64,000 bases of DNA from Candidatus Poseidoniaceae archaeon. GTDB taxonomy: Archaea; Thermoplasmatota; Poseidoniia; Poseidoniales; Poseidoniaceae. The stretch is from the NCBI GenBank assembly GCA_938075675.1, contig CALJHE010000011.1, forward strand, positions 10,603 to 74,602. The letters run 5' to 3'. Positions 43,967 through 52,691 of the stretch are shown one piece after another. Under the pieces are notes generated by a model, which made no database searches, was not told the origin of the DNA, and was given only the letters and a program-made list of their open reading frames with translations. Position 1 is the first letter of the stretch. Each line of letters opens with the position of its first letter. The translations under genes were made by a program, and so were the position numbers.

Positions 43967-44415
43967 TGCGTACGCTGCATGAACGCTCAGGTGAAGACCG
44001 AGATGCGGCACAAATGTTGCTTGCAACAGGGGTCGTGTTGCTGATGTCTCTCCTCTCAATGGCTATCTTTGGTGTTAAAGTCGCTGGAATGACCATGCCT
44101 CACGATACGGCATCCGACGGAGTGTTGGTCACATCGCTGGAAGTTGCCGATGCCGTGCCTGAACTTACGGAAGCACGAACACAACTGTGGATTGATGGAG
44201 GACTTGAACCGCTTGAAGCAGGAGAGACTGCCTTCCAGAGCGTCCACAACGACATTCTGCATCACGGCGAGTTGAGAGGTATCGAAATCAAACTCATTAA
44301 CATGCGAGTCAACGAAACTTCTGCGAATACTCTGCACTTTGAGGCAGAACTCGGCATATCCGATGGCTCAGTTATGCTCACTGTATCTTTGTCGTTTGAT
44401 GCTACGCACGCTTAA
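43963..44415 (+). CDS. Small protein with N-terminal hydrophobic helix; candidate pilin/pseudopilin
   Basis: The N-terminus reads MMRTLHERSGEDRDAAQ-MLLATGVVLLMSLLSMAIFGV. The ATG at 43963 overlaps the upstream stop (ATGA) and follows GGAGGTGGAG. Confidence 0.45.
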   Translation: MMRTLHERSGEDRDAAQMLLATGVVLLMSLLSMAIFGVKVAGMTMPHDTASDGVLVTSLEVADAVPELTEARTQLWIDGGLEPLEAGETAFQSVHNDILHHGELRGIEIKLINMRVNETSANTLHFEAELGISDGSVMLTVSLSFDATHA

Positions 44416-45104
44416 CGACGCTGCGTGTGTTCGTTCCAAGCAAGGTCCATTAGATGCTCGATGCGCTCAGTATCCTTGCTGACTCGAGAGAGGTCAACGA
44501 CGGGCCATGAAGTAATTTTGGCTCGCTCAATCAAACCGTCTTGAATCGAGCGAATGCGGGGGAATGCAGCAAGATAACGATCTGCTCGACGGAACGAGTT
44601 GGCATCTCGTGAACGAATCATCTTGCGATGACGGTCTTCTTCGCCAACGGCCATCACAAGACCGATTGCAATTCCTCCGGCTTCGCGCCAACTGCGCAAT
44701 AAGCGTTCACTTGGGTTGATGTGCACCCCTTCGATAATCAAGTCAATCCCTTCACGCCGTGCACGGTCGATGGTAGCAATGATACCGGTTTCAACAGCCT
44801 GACATGTTTCCAGCCAATCGATGACCGGTTCACCAGAATCGCCTCGGGAAAACGAGGACCGATGGAGGGCCGATTGGGTTCGCTCCTCATCGCATGAGCG
44901 CATAATTTCACGAATGGCATCGGTTGAAAGTAACCGTGCAAAGTTGTTCTGTGCAGCGAGTTGAACTGACGCAGTGGATTTGCCAGTGCCGGTTGCTCCG
45001 GCAATCACCAACAATCTTGGCGCTCGGTCGGCAATGGTTCGAGCAGCGGCATCAGCCAAACTTACATCTCGAGCCATAGTCAAAGCACAATGAACCTGCT
45101 TCAA
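44412..45104 (-). CDS. P-loop kinase of the 2-phosphoglycerate kinase-like family
   Basis: Walker A (IAGATGTGKST) is followed by LLSTDAIREIMR and LIIEGVHINP, which resemble the 2PGK family (COG2074). Substrate is unknown. Confidence 0.6.
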   Translation of the reverse strand: MKQVHCALTMARDVSLADAAARTIADRAPRLLVIAGATGTGKSTASVQLAAQNNFARLLSTDAIREIMRSCDEERTQSALHRSSFSRGDSGEPVIDWLETCQAVETGIIATIDRARREGIDLIIEGVHINPSERLLRSWREAGGIAIGLVMAVGEEDRHRKMIRSRDANSFRRADRYLAAFPRIRSIQDGLIERAKITSWPVVDLSRVSKDTERIEHLMDLAWNEHTQRR

Positions 45105-45196
45105 GAGTCTTTTCGCCTTCTACCACTGATTGGGCATCCTTTGTACATGCCGAGCCAAAGCGAATGCCTTTGAGGGGACAGCACTTGGAGCAGTTC

Positions 45197-46633
45197 ATGA
45201 GCGCAGAACAGATGTCGATTGGTGGAGAATGGTGTGATGCTGAGGATGGGGCTACCGCCGATATCCTCAACCCCGCTACGGGTCAAGTCATGGCGACAAC
45301 GCCGAAAGCAACCCTCAACGATGTCAACCGATGTGTTGACGCATCACGTGCTGCATTTGAAGACCCTTCGTGGAAAGCCATGGACCCAGCTCAACGTGGT
45401 CGAATTCTCAACAAAATGGCTCAAGCAACCTATGCCAAAGCCAAGGAACTGGCAGCCATTGAATCCAACAACAACGGTAAGACATTCCGTGAAGCACTGT
45501 CTGAAATCCGCTACGGTGCTTGGACCTTGGAATACTTTGCAGGTTTATCGGACAAGATCGAAGGAAGTACAATTCCTGTCCCGGGTAACCGACTCAACTA
45601 CACCTTGCGACAACCGCTTGGAGTCACCGTTCATATCGTTCCGTGGAACTTCCCGCTCCAACTGGCGATCCGTTCCATTGCACCAGCACTGGCAGCAGGT
45701 TGTACCGTTATTGCGAAGCCTGCATCTTGGACACCTCTGTCACTCTTAGCATGGGTAAAGGCCATGGAAGAAGCAGAAGTCGGACTTCCGACAGGTGTTC
45801 TTCAAGTCATTACTGGTTCAGGTGGACTGATTGGAGATGCTCTGGCAGGACACAAGGGTGTTGACGGAATTGTCCTTACAGGCGGCGTTCCAACCGGACA
45901 AACCGTCATGGCAAAGGCCAGTGAAAACCTCACTCCAGTCACGCTTGAACTCGGCGGTAAAGGAGCAAACCTCGTGTTTGCCGATGCTAATCTTCGCTAC
46001 GCAGCAAAAGCCATCTGTTTTGGCATATTCATGAACGCGGGACAAATGTGTTGGGCTGGTTCTCGACTCATTGTCCACGAAGATGTTCACGATGAATTGG
46101 TCGAAGCAGTCGTCGCAGAAGTCGCCAAGTGGAAAGTCGGCCCTGGCATGTCCGAAGGCGTTCGAATCGGCAGCCTCGTTCATGAGAACCACCGTGCTGA
46201 AGTCATGGAGAAATTGCAGGCGGGTCTGGCCATGGGTGGAGAAGTCGTCTGCGGTGGAAACATCGTTGAAGGTGAAGGCGCTTTCATGGAAGCAACCGTC
46301 GTCACCGGTGTCGACAGTTCAAACCTGTTGTTCAATGAGGAATTGTTCGGCCCAGTTCTCTCCGTCACAACATTCAGCGATGATGCTGAGGCTCTTGCAC
46401 TTGCCAATGATTCTCCGTTTGGCCTGCTCAACGGCATATGGACGCAGAACTTGAGCCGTGCGCACTCTATGGCTCGTGATTTGGAAAGCGGCATGGTCTC
46501 CATTAACGAATACCCGATAACCTTCCCACAAACTGCATTCACCGGTTGGAAGCAATCCGGCATCGGTATCGAGCAAAGCAAGGACGCTTTGCGATTCTAC
46601 ACCAAGGTGAAGAACGTCAACGTCAAACTCTGA
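45197..46633 (+). CDS. NAD(P)-dependent aldehyde dehydrogenase
   Basis: The motifs VPWNFP, ELGGKG and the catalytic Cys region FMNAGQMCWAGSRL are present, as is EELFGPV. The start was set to the ATG at 45197. Confidence 0.9.
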   Translation: MSAEQMSIGGEWCDAEDGATADILNPATGQVMATTPKATLNDVNRCVDASRAAFEDPSWKAMDPAQRGRILNKMAQATYAKAKELAAIESNNNGKTFREALSEIRYGAWTLEYFAGLSDKIEGSTIPVPGNRLNYTLRQPLGVTVHIVPWNFPLQLAIRSIAPALAAGCTVIAKPASWTPLSLLAWVKAMEEAEVGLPTGVLQVITGSGGLIGDALAGHKGVDGIVLTGGVPTGQTVMAKASENLTPVTLELGGKGANLVFADANLRYAAKAICFGIFMNAGQMCWAGSRLIVHEDVHDELVEAVVAEVAKWKVGPGMSEGVRIGSLVHENHRAEVMEKLQAGLAMGGEVVCGGNIVEGEGAFMEATVVTGVDSSNLLFNEELFGPVLSVTTFSDDAEALALANDSPFGLLNGIWTQNLSRAHSMARDLESGMVSINEYPITFPQTAFTGWKQSGIGIEQSKDALRFYTKVKNVNVKL

Positions 46634-46642
46634 GGGAACACA

Positions 46643-47431
46643 ATGGCAGTAAAATCCACCGATTTGGAAAACGGCATTCGCCTCATTCAGTTCTCTGGCC
46701 AATCGGCAACTCAGTCGTTTTCCCGTGAATTATTACCTCACATCGCTCAAGCCATCGATGCTGGACTTGCCCATCCAAATGTTCGAGCATTGGTTCTCAC
46801 CGGTGAAGGAAAGTTCTTCTCTGCTGGCGCTGACATCAATGCCTTCGCTCAATCAATTGAAGACAAAGAAGCACCTCAATTGATTCGAGACCTCACTGGA
46901 ATCCTTCACCCTTTGCTGATACGAATGCGCCAATCTCCTACCATCACCATTGCAGCCCTCAACGGTGCCAGTGCAGGTGGCGGCCTGGGACTCGCTCTTG
47001 CATGTGACGCTCGTATCGCCTCACCCCAAGCAAAAATGGCTGCATCTTATGCAGGCATGGGGCTGTCACCGGATGGCGGAACGACATGGCTTCTTCCACG
47101 ATTGGTCGGAGAACAAACCTCACGTCGGTTCTTCTTAGAAAACGAGATTTGGAGCGCTGAGCAATGCGTTGCAGTCGGCGCAGTCGATGCCCTTGTGGAA
47201 GCGGACAAACTCATTGATGCTGCTTGCTCAATGGCTGCTCGTTGGAGTCAGTGGGGAGAACATACCAAAGAAGCAACCAAGCATTTACTGCATGTTCAAT
47301 CCGCACAGGATTTTGAATCACACCTCAATCACGAACGCACCCTCATCGAGGCTGCTGGAACAACTGAAGCGTTCAAAGAAGGTGTCACAGCATTCCTCGA
47401 AAAGCGTAGGCCTGTGTTTCACAAGGAGTGA
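46643..47431 (+). CDS. Enoyl-CoA hydratase/isomerase family
   Basis: NGASAGGGLGLALACDARIAS is present. The gene lies 9 nt downstream of the ALDH stop. Confidence 0.85.
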   Translation: MAVKSTDLENGIRLIQFSGQSATQSFSRELLPHIAQAIDAGLAHPNVRALVLTGEGKFFSAGADINAFAQSIEDKEAPQLIRDLTGILHPLLIRMRQSPTITIAALNGASAGGGLGLALACDARIASPQAKMAASYAGMGLSPDGGTTWLLPRLVGEQTSRRFFLENEIWSAEQCVAVGAVDALVEADKLIDAACSMAARWSQWGEHTKEATKHLLHVQSAQDFESHLNHERTLIEAAGTTEAFKEGVTAFLEKRRPVFHKE

Positions 47432-48297
47432 GCATTGTGTCTGAAACGATTGAAGAAAAATCGTTTCGTGAGAAAATGCATGAAGTGATTTTTGAAGCAG
47501 ATACCAAATACGGAACGTACTTCGATGCCGCACTGTTGTTCTCAATCGTTGCCTCAATCATCGCAGTCTCACTTGAAAGTGTGGACAGTATCAACTCTCA
47601 ATACCACGATCAACTGGTCTTCATTGAATGGTTCTTCACTGTTCTGTTCACCATTGAATACTTCGTACGGCTCTACATTACTCGCCACTCAGTGGAATAC
47701 GCAACTTCCTTTTTCGGCGTTGTTGACTTGTTAGCCATTCTACCAACCTACCTCAGTTTGATTGTGCCTGGAACACAAAGTCTACTCATCATCAGAGCTC
47801 TACGGTTGCTGAGGGTGTTTCGTGTGTTCAAACTCACTCGTTATGTCGGTGAAGCAACTGTGCTTGGAACGGCTATTCTCGAATCTCGTTCACGAATTAT
47901 CGTGTTCCTTACGACCATAACCATCCTCAGTTTCATCACCGGAGCAGGCATGTACCTGTTTGAAGGTCCGCAAAACGGATTCACATCCATACCCCAAAGT
48001 GTCTACTGGGCAATTGTCACCTTGACAAGTACCGGCTACGGAGATACTGTACCTCTAACCCCAATCGGAAAGGTGTTGGCAATTTTTATCATGATCATGG
48101 GATACAGTCTCATTATTGTCCCAACTGGAATTATCTCAACCGAACTCATCAAAGCAGGTGAGTTTAGTACTCGTGCCTGCATGCAATGCTCCAAAGAAGG
48201 ACATGACATCAACGCAAAGTTTTGCAAGCACTGCGGTTATGAATTGAATTCTTCAGGTAATTCAGTCTCAACAGCCTCGCCTGAAGACCAATCGTAG
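47428..48297 (+). CDS. Voltage-gated K+ channel (6TM, KvAP-like) with C-terminal zinc-ribbon
   Basis: The S4 helix (RALRLLRVFRVFKLTRY) and the selectivity filter (TLTSTGYGD) are present. The C-terminal motif reads C-MQ-C...x12...C-KH-C. The GTG start overlaps the upstream stop. Confidence 0.85.
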   Translation: MSIVSETIEEKSFREKMHEVIFEADTKYGTYFDAALLFSIVASIIAVSLESVDSINSQYHDQLVFIEWFFTVLFTIEYFVRLYITRHSVEYATSFFGVVDLLAILPTYLSLIVPGTQSLLIIRALRLLRVFRVFKLTRYVGEATVLGTAILESRSRIIVFLTTITILSFITGAGMYLFEGPQNGFTSIPQSVYWAIVTLTSTGYGDTVPLTPIGKVLAIFIMIMGYSLIIVPTGIISTELIKAGEFSTRACMQCSKEGHDINAKFCKHCGYELNSSGNSVSTASPEDQS

Positions 48298-49136
48298 ATT
48301 CCTTTGCCGGATTTCTTCCCAAGTCGGCCGGAAGCAACCAGTTTCTCAAGCAAAGGGTGAGGTGCATAGGCGTCATCACCAAACGATGTTTGCAAGTTCT
48401 TCAAAATGTCTCGCCGGACATCGAGTCCGACCAAGTCAGTTAGAGCGAGAGGGCCCATTGGGTGTTTGTAGCCCAACACCATTGCCGTATCAATGTCCTT
48501 AGCACTCGCCACTCCATCAGCCAGCATACGAATCGCCTCATTTCCAAGAACAACACCGAGACGGCTCGTTGCAAATCCAGGAATATCTTTGACAAGAATC
48601 GTTGTCTTGCCCATTGCAGTACCTGCAGCTTGTGCTGCTGCAATGGTTTGCTCGCTGGTCGAATCATGCCGGACAAGTTCCAGCAACTTCATGATTGGAA
48701 CAGGATTAAAGAAATGCATTCCAATGACGCTTTCTGGACGAGATGTAGCAGCGGCAATATCTGCAATTGAAAGGGATGAGGTGTTGGTGCCAAGTATGGC
48801 ATGTGGCGGAGCAAGTTTGTCTAAATCAGCAAAAATAGAATGCTTCAAATCAGGAATTTCAGGTACTGCTTCGATCACCATGTCAGCCTGCGCTACTGCC
48901 TCAGCCATGTCGGAGACGGCGTGGAGGTTCGCACTCCACGACTCCTTTTGCTCAAGAGTCGTCTTACCACGAGCGATACCCTTGTCCCAAAAAGCATCGA
49001 TTCGAGCCATACCTCGCTCTAAGCCTTCTGGAAAGGCGTCAAACAGATTCGTTTTCCAACCACTTTGAGCACAAACTTGTGCGATTCCCGCACCCATTGT
49101 TCCTGCTCCAATAACCGCTACGCAACGAATCTCCAT
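48237..49136 (-). CDS. 3-hydroxyacyl-CoA (3-hydroxybutyryl-CoA) dehydrogenase
   Basis: It has the Rossmann motif VAVIGAGTMGAGIAQ and a C-terminal dimerisation domain (HPMGPLALTDLVGLD). The start was moved to the ATG at 49136, which removes the overlap with the upstream transporter gene. Confidence 0.9.
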   Translation of the reverse strand: MEIRCVAVIGAGTMGAGIAQVCAQSGWKTNLFDAFPEGLERGMARIDAFWDKGIARGKTTLEQKESWSANLHAVSDMAEAVAQADMVIEAVPEIPDLKHSIFADLDKLAPPHAILGTNTSSLSIADIAAATSRPESVIGMHFFNPVPIMKLLELVRHDSTSEQTIAAAQAAGTAMGKTTILVKDIPGFATSRLGVVLGNEAIRMLADGVASAKDIDTAMVLGYKHPMGPLALTDLVGLDVRRDILKNLQTSFGDDAYAPHPLLEKLVASGRLGKKSGKGIYDWSSGEAVETELPEEFNS

Positions 49137-49161
49137 GAATAGCCCAACAGGCGGGACTTCA

Positions 49162-50082
49162 TCATGCTTCCTTGACAGCAGGTTGCTTGCTCTGAGCGAG
49201 CGCCACACCGCCGACAATCAACACAAATGCGATCAAAAGCGAAGCCCCAAGTTTCTCATCCAGCAGTAAATATCCGCTGTAGATACCAAAGATGGGTACA
49301 AGATAGACGTACAAGGCGCTTTTACCTGCACCGATGGTAAGTATGCCGTCAGCAAACCAAACGTACGAAACAACCGTCGAGAAGATAGCGAGGAAGAGAA
49401 TTGCAATCCACCCGTCGAACGAAGGTTCAGGAATCCCCATCACCGCTGTCTCGACAGCGGCGATAGGAGTCAACATCACCAAGCCAATCACAGAAGACCA
49501 AACTGTGAGTTGCAACGGGGAGAGACAGCGGTCTGAGTCTTCGGCCGGTTCAGTCATTGCAATTTTCATTTGAATGGAATTGCATGCCCATGCAAAGGCA
49601 GCACCTGCGATGAGAGCATCGCCAAGCGCTCGCTCATAGAACGGAATATCGACGTTCGGAGAGTAGAGAAAGAGAACGGTGACACCTGCCAGCCCAAGAG
49701 CAATCCCTGCACCGAGTCGCCAGTGCATGGCTTCGTTGAGGAAGAAAATGGCAAGCACAGCTGTGAAAAATGGATTGAAAGTAATCATCAAAGAAGCGTC
49801 GCCTGCTGCAGTGTATTTCATTCCGACCATAAAAAAAGCCTGATACAGACAGGTTGCAAAAAAACCAATCCAAGCAATTCTCTTCCATTCACCACGGGTG
49901 GGAATCATCCAATGGTTTGAGAGTTTCAGGTAAATCACGAACAGAGCAACAGCGACAACATAGCGTATCCATGAGGCAGCAAACGGAGCGATGTCTTGAG
50001 CAATCACACGACCGGCAGGCCAACCAATTCCCCAAACGATGACAACAAAAATCAATTTCATGTGAACCAAGAGGTTCTTCAT
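49162..50082 (-). CDS. EamA/DMT-superfamily transporter
   Basis: It has ten hydrophobic helices arranged as two EamA-like halves, and the 306-aa size fits. Confidence 0.85.
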   Translation of the reverse strand: MKNLLVHMKLIFVVIVWGIGWPAGRVIAQDIAPFAASWIRYVVAVALFVIYLKLSNHWMIPTRGEWKRIAWIGFFATCLYQAFFMVGMKYTAAGDASLMITFNPFFTAVLAIFFLNEAMHWRLGAGIALGLAGVTVLFLYSPNVDIPFYERALGDALIAGAAFAWACNSIQMKIAMTEPAEDSDRCLSPLQLTVWSSVIGLVMLTPIAAVETAVMGIPEPSFDGWIAILFLAIFSTVVSYVWFADGILTIGAGKSALYVYLVPIFGIYSGYLLLDEKLGASLLIAFVLIVGGVALAQSKQPAVKEA

Positions 50083-50615
50083 GAAAACCGCTCCAATCCA
50101 AGTTGGAGCATGCGTGAACGGGGTAACCCGATTTCAGGCAGACCAGCAGCAGGTGCGTAGAGTTTCAAGCCTTCAATGCGAGAAACATAGAGCCCATAGC
50201 TGGCAATGTCGGTCGGGTCATAGGGAGTAGGAACGCCCATTCGAGTGAGTGTGGCACAAGCCGCCTCTGTGTAGAGAGGAAACAGATTGGTCGAGAAGTG
50301 CATCCATGTTGAAACACGAGCTGCATCGACGTTGTCGAGCGTCAAAAGATGCTCAAGCAGAGATACATCTGGATAGTTTACAGTTCGCAATGTCATTTCA
50401 ACCTCGTTCGAGATATCTTCAGGCCAAACGAAGGGGTCATTGTTCGCCCATTCGTCTGCAACACGGATGTGATCGAGAGATGCTTCGGTTTCAATCGAAA
50501 ATAAGGCGTTTGCATACTTCTCATCATCGACCGTGTCAGCAACAAGACCTGGGAGCGCAGCATAGAATGCTTCGCACTCTTCTACGTCAATGCCGTACAG
50601 TGAAACTGGGATCAT
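50079..50615 (-). CDS. Hypothetical protein (178 aa) embedded in the BoxB-like operon
   Basis: The ATG at 50615 is preceded by GGAGGG. Its stop overlaps the transporter start by 4 nt. No family was recognised. Confidence 0.5.
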   Translation of the reverse strand: MIPVSLYGIDVEECEAFYAALPGLVADTVDDEKYANALFSIETEASLDHIRVADEWANNDPFVWPEDISNEVEMTLRTVNYPDVSLLEHLLTLDNVDAARVSTWMHFSTNLFPLYTEAACATLTRMGVPTPYDPTDIASYGLYVSRIEGLKLYAPAAGLPEIGLPRSRMLQLGLERFS

Positions 50616-50640
50616 AGTAACCCTCCAGAGAGCACGGGTC

Positions 50641-51801
50641 TCAAACTTTTGCACCGATACCGGATGCAATTTGTCGAGCAGACATAGGCTTGTTCGCTAC
50701 CCATTCTTGCTTGAACAGTTCCTTGAGGAGTTCTTCGTCAGCAGCGGTAGGGAGAGCAGCCTGTATGTAGGCGTCCCATTCTTCGTCGCTGCCTTCGAAA
50801 GCAACACCTTCAATGGTGAACCTTTGACGCTTGAATGCACCGATGGCACGGTTGAAGTTTTCATGAGGGACAATCAACGGAGTGCTGCCTTCTGGCAAGT
50901 ATCCGTTCAATTTACCGACTTCAGCAACGATTTCTTCGTGGTAGTGTCCACGAGCCTCTTCGTTGAGAACTTCTTTGTCAACTTCGATTCCTGCTTCGAG
51001 TTTCTTGCGCTCGTCCCAGCGTCCTTTGACACCCCAGACGTACGACCAGTGAGCGGACGAAGATGCATCGACACCAAACAAGTCGTGTGCGGTCGATACC
51101 CACTTGTTGAAGAATTTCTGAAGCATGTCGAGCGGAATAACTCCTGCCTTAATGACTCTGCGCAAGCCGTTCGAGCCGGTTCCCAAGTGGAACGACTCTT
51201 CCTTGAGCATTGGGCCCATCGAAGCAGCCAATGGCTTGAATGCAGAAGTTGAGAGCATGCCAAGTTGGAACTTGCCGTCGCGGTCGACAAACATGGTGTA
51301 GCAGAAGAAGTCGAGCCAGTGCGGCATTGGACGGTTGAAAGCACCGAGCAATCTGTCTCCGTCTTGTGCGTTGCGCTCAAGCAGTTTTTGTGCTTCACGG
51401 CGTCCTTGTTGACCGAAGTAGGTCATCAAGAGGTAGGCCATTTGCCATCCGTGACGTTGTTCTTCAGCCATGATTCTGGCAGCTGCGTAGCGGTCATAAT
51501 CTGTTGGCGCAGATGCGAGAAGGTGGCGTTGCTGTTCTACGGAAGCGAACTCGGTGTCGCCCTGAACAGTAATCATGCTTACAAGAGCGTCTCTCATGCT
51601 TTGGTGTGGAACTTGGAGTGAACGTTCCCATTTTGGACGTCCAGCATAGTCGCCGAACTCGATAACATCGCCAGCACGGTCCCAGTCGAATTGAATGGAG
51701 AGGTCGAAGTCACCCATCCATTCTCTGTTGTAACCAACACGGTCTTGCCATTCTGTAAAGTTCGAAATCCAGTCTTCCCATGTATTCGGTAGGTTGTCCA
51801 T
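50641..51801 (-). CDS. Diiron oxygenase of the PaaA/BoxB family, most similar by motif to benzoyl-CoA 2,3-epoxidase subunit B
   Basis: ITVQGDTEFASVEQQRHL, AEEQRHGW (ExxH), FVDRDGKFQL and LKEESFH (ExxH) match my recollection of BoxB. The protein is about 90 aa shorter than BoxB as I recall it. Confidence 0.7.
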   Translation of the reverse strand: MDNLPNTWEDWISNFTEWQDRVGYNREWMGDFDLSIQFDWDRAGDVIEFGDYAGRPKWERSLQVPHQSMRDALVSMITVQGDTEFASVEQQRHLLASAPTDYDRYAAARIMAEEQRHGWQMAYLLMTYFGQQGRREAQKLLERNAQDGDRLLGAFNRPMPHWLDFFCYTMFVDRDGKFQLGMLSTSAFKPLAASMGPMLKEESFHLGTGSNGLRRVIKAGVIPLDMLQKFFNKWVSTAHDLFGVDASSSAHWSYVWGVKGRWDERKKLEAGIEVDKEVLNEEARGHYHEEIVAEVGKLNGYLPEGSTPLIVPHENFNRAIGAFKRQRFTIEGVAFEGSDEEWDAYIQAALPTAADEELLKELFKQEWVANKPMSARQIASGIGAKV

Positions 51802-51859
51802 GGGAAGTGGACAGCCGGGTCTACCTTATCTCCTTTGCGAACATGTTCGCACGAACATG

Positions 51860-52486
51860 TTAGGGGCTGCGCCTGCGGATGTCGTCAGCATAGGCATGGT
51901 GTACGGTTGATTCGATGCGGTGAAGTTGTGCTGAAAGGGTGGACTTCGCTACATCAAGAACACTTGCCAGCTCGGTGAGCGTGATTCGCCGTGGAACATC
52001 ATAGAAGCCTTCTTTCATGGCAGTGTCAAACACATAGCGCTGACGAGGTGTGAGCAATCGGTTGGTGATACCACGTGTTGAAACAAGTTGGTACGGTATC
52101 TCCTCGTTGTCAAACCCTGCCAAGAGATCTCGAACTTTTTCTCGAGCGCACGAGATTGTCCATTCAACCCATCCATCCCGAACTTCGAATGGCGTGTGTG
52201 GAATAACACCGACCTTGAGTAGAGGTTTGAGAAATCCTCCGCCGCCAGCAATAATATCGACAACAAAACTCTGCTTACCGAAACTTCGGACTTCTTCAAC
52301 ACCTGAATGGGTTGAAACCGTCTCTGTAATGTCCTCGCTGCACGAAGCTCGTGCAGTACCTCGGCCTTTTTGCAACGGCATGTGCTCTTCGATTCGGAGT
52401 ACTGCGGAGGGATGACTGCGCGTCACATCACCTGCCCAGTGACCTTCTGGCAAACGGACTTCAATCCGTACTTGCTGCACCGCCAT
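51860..52486 (-). CDS. HTH_10 (Bat-type, halobacterial-like) transcriptional regulator
   Basis: The C-terminal motif is LTPRQRYVFDTAMKEGFYDVPRRITLTELASVLDVAKSTLSAQLHRIE. The start was set to the ATG at 52486, giving 208 aa, which is typical for this family. Confidence 0.75.
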   Translation of the reverse strand: MAVQQVRIEVRLPEGHWAGDVTRSHPSAVLRIEEHMPLQKGRGTARASCSEDITETVSTHSGVEEVRSFGKQSFVVDIIAGGGGFLKPLLKVGVIPHTPFEVRDGWVEWTISCAREKVRDLLAGFDNEEIPYQLVSTRGITNRLLTPRQRYVFDTAMKEGFYDVPRRITLTELASVLDVAKSTLSAQLHRIESTVHHAYADDIRRRSP

Positions 52487-52691
52487 GCACCGATGTAGGG
52501 ACCGATGCACTTGAAGTTCACGAACGCGGATGGTCTCCAACAGCAAAGAGTCAGTTGCCTCAGATTTCAAAACGAACTGAAAAAGCGTATTCGGATTTAG
52601 AAAATGCTCCGCAGTGGCTGTAAAACGTCGATATGAACTGGAAAGAAAAAAATACAGGGACTCATATACCCCCTTTACGCTTAAATTTCTC

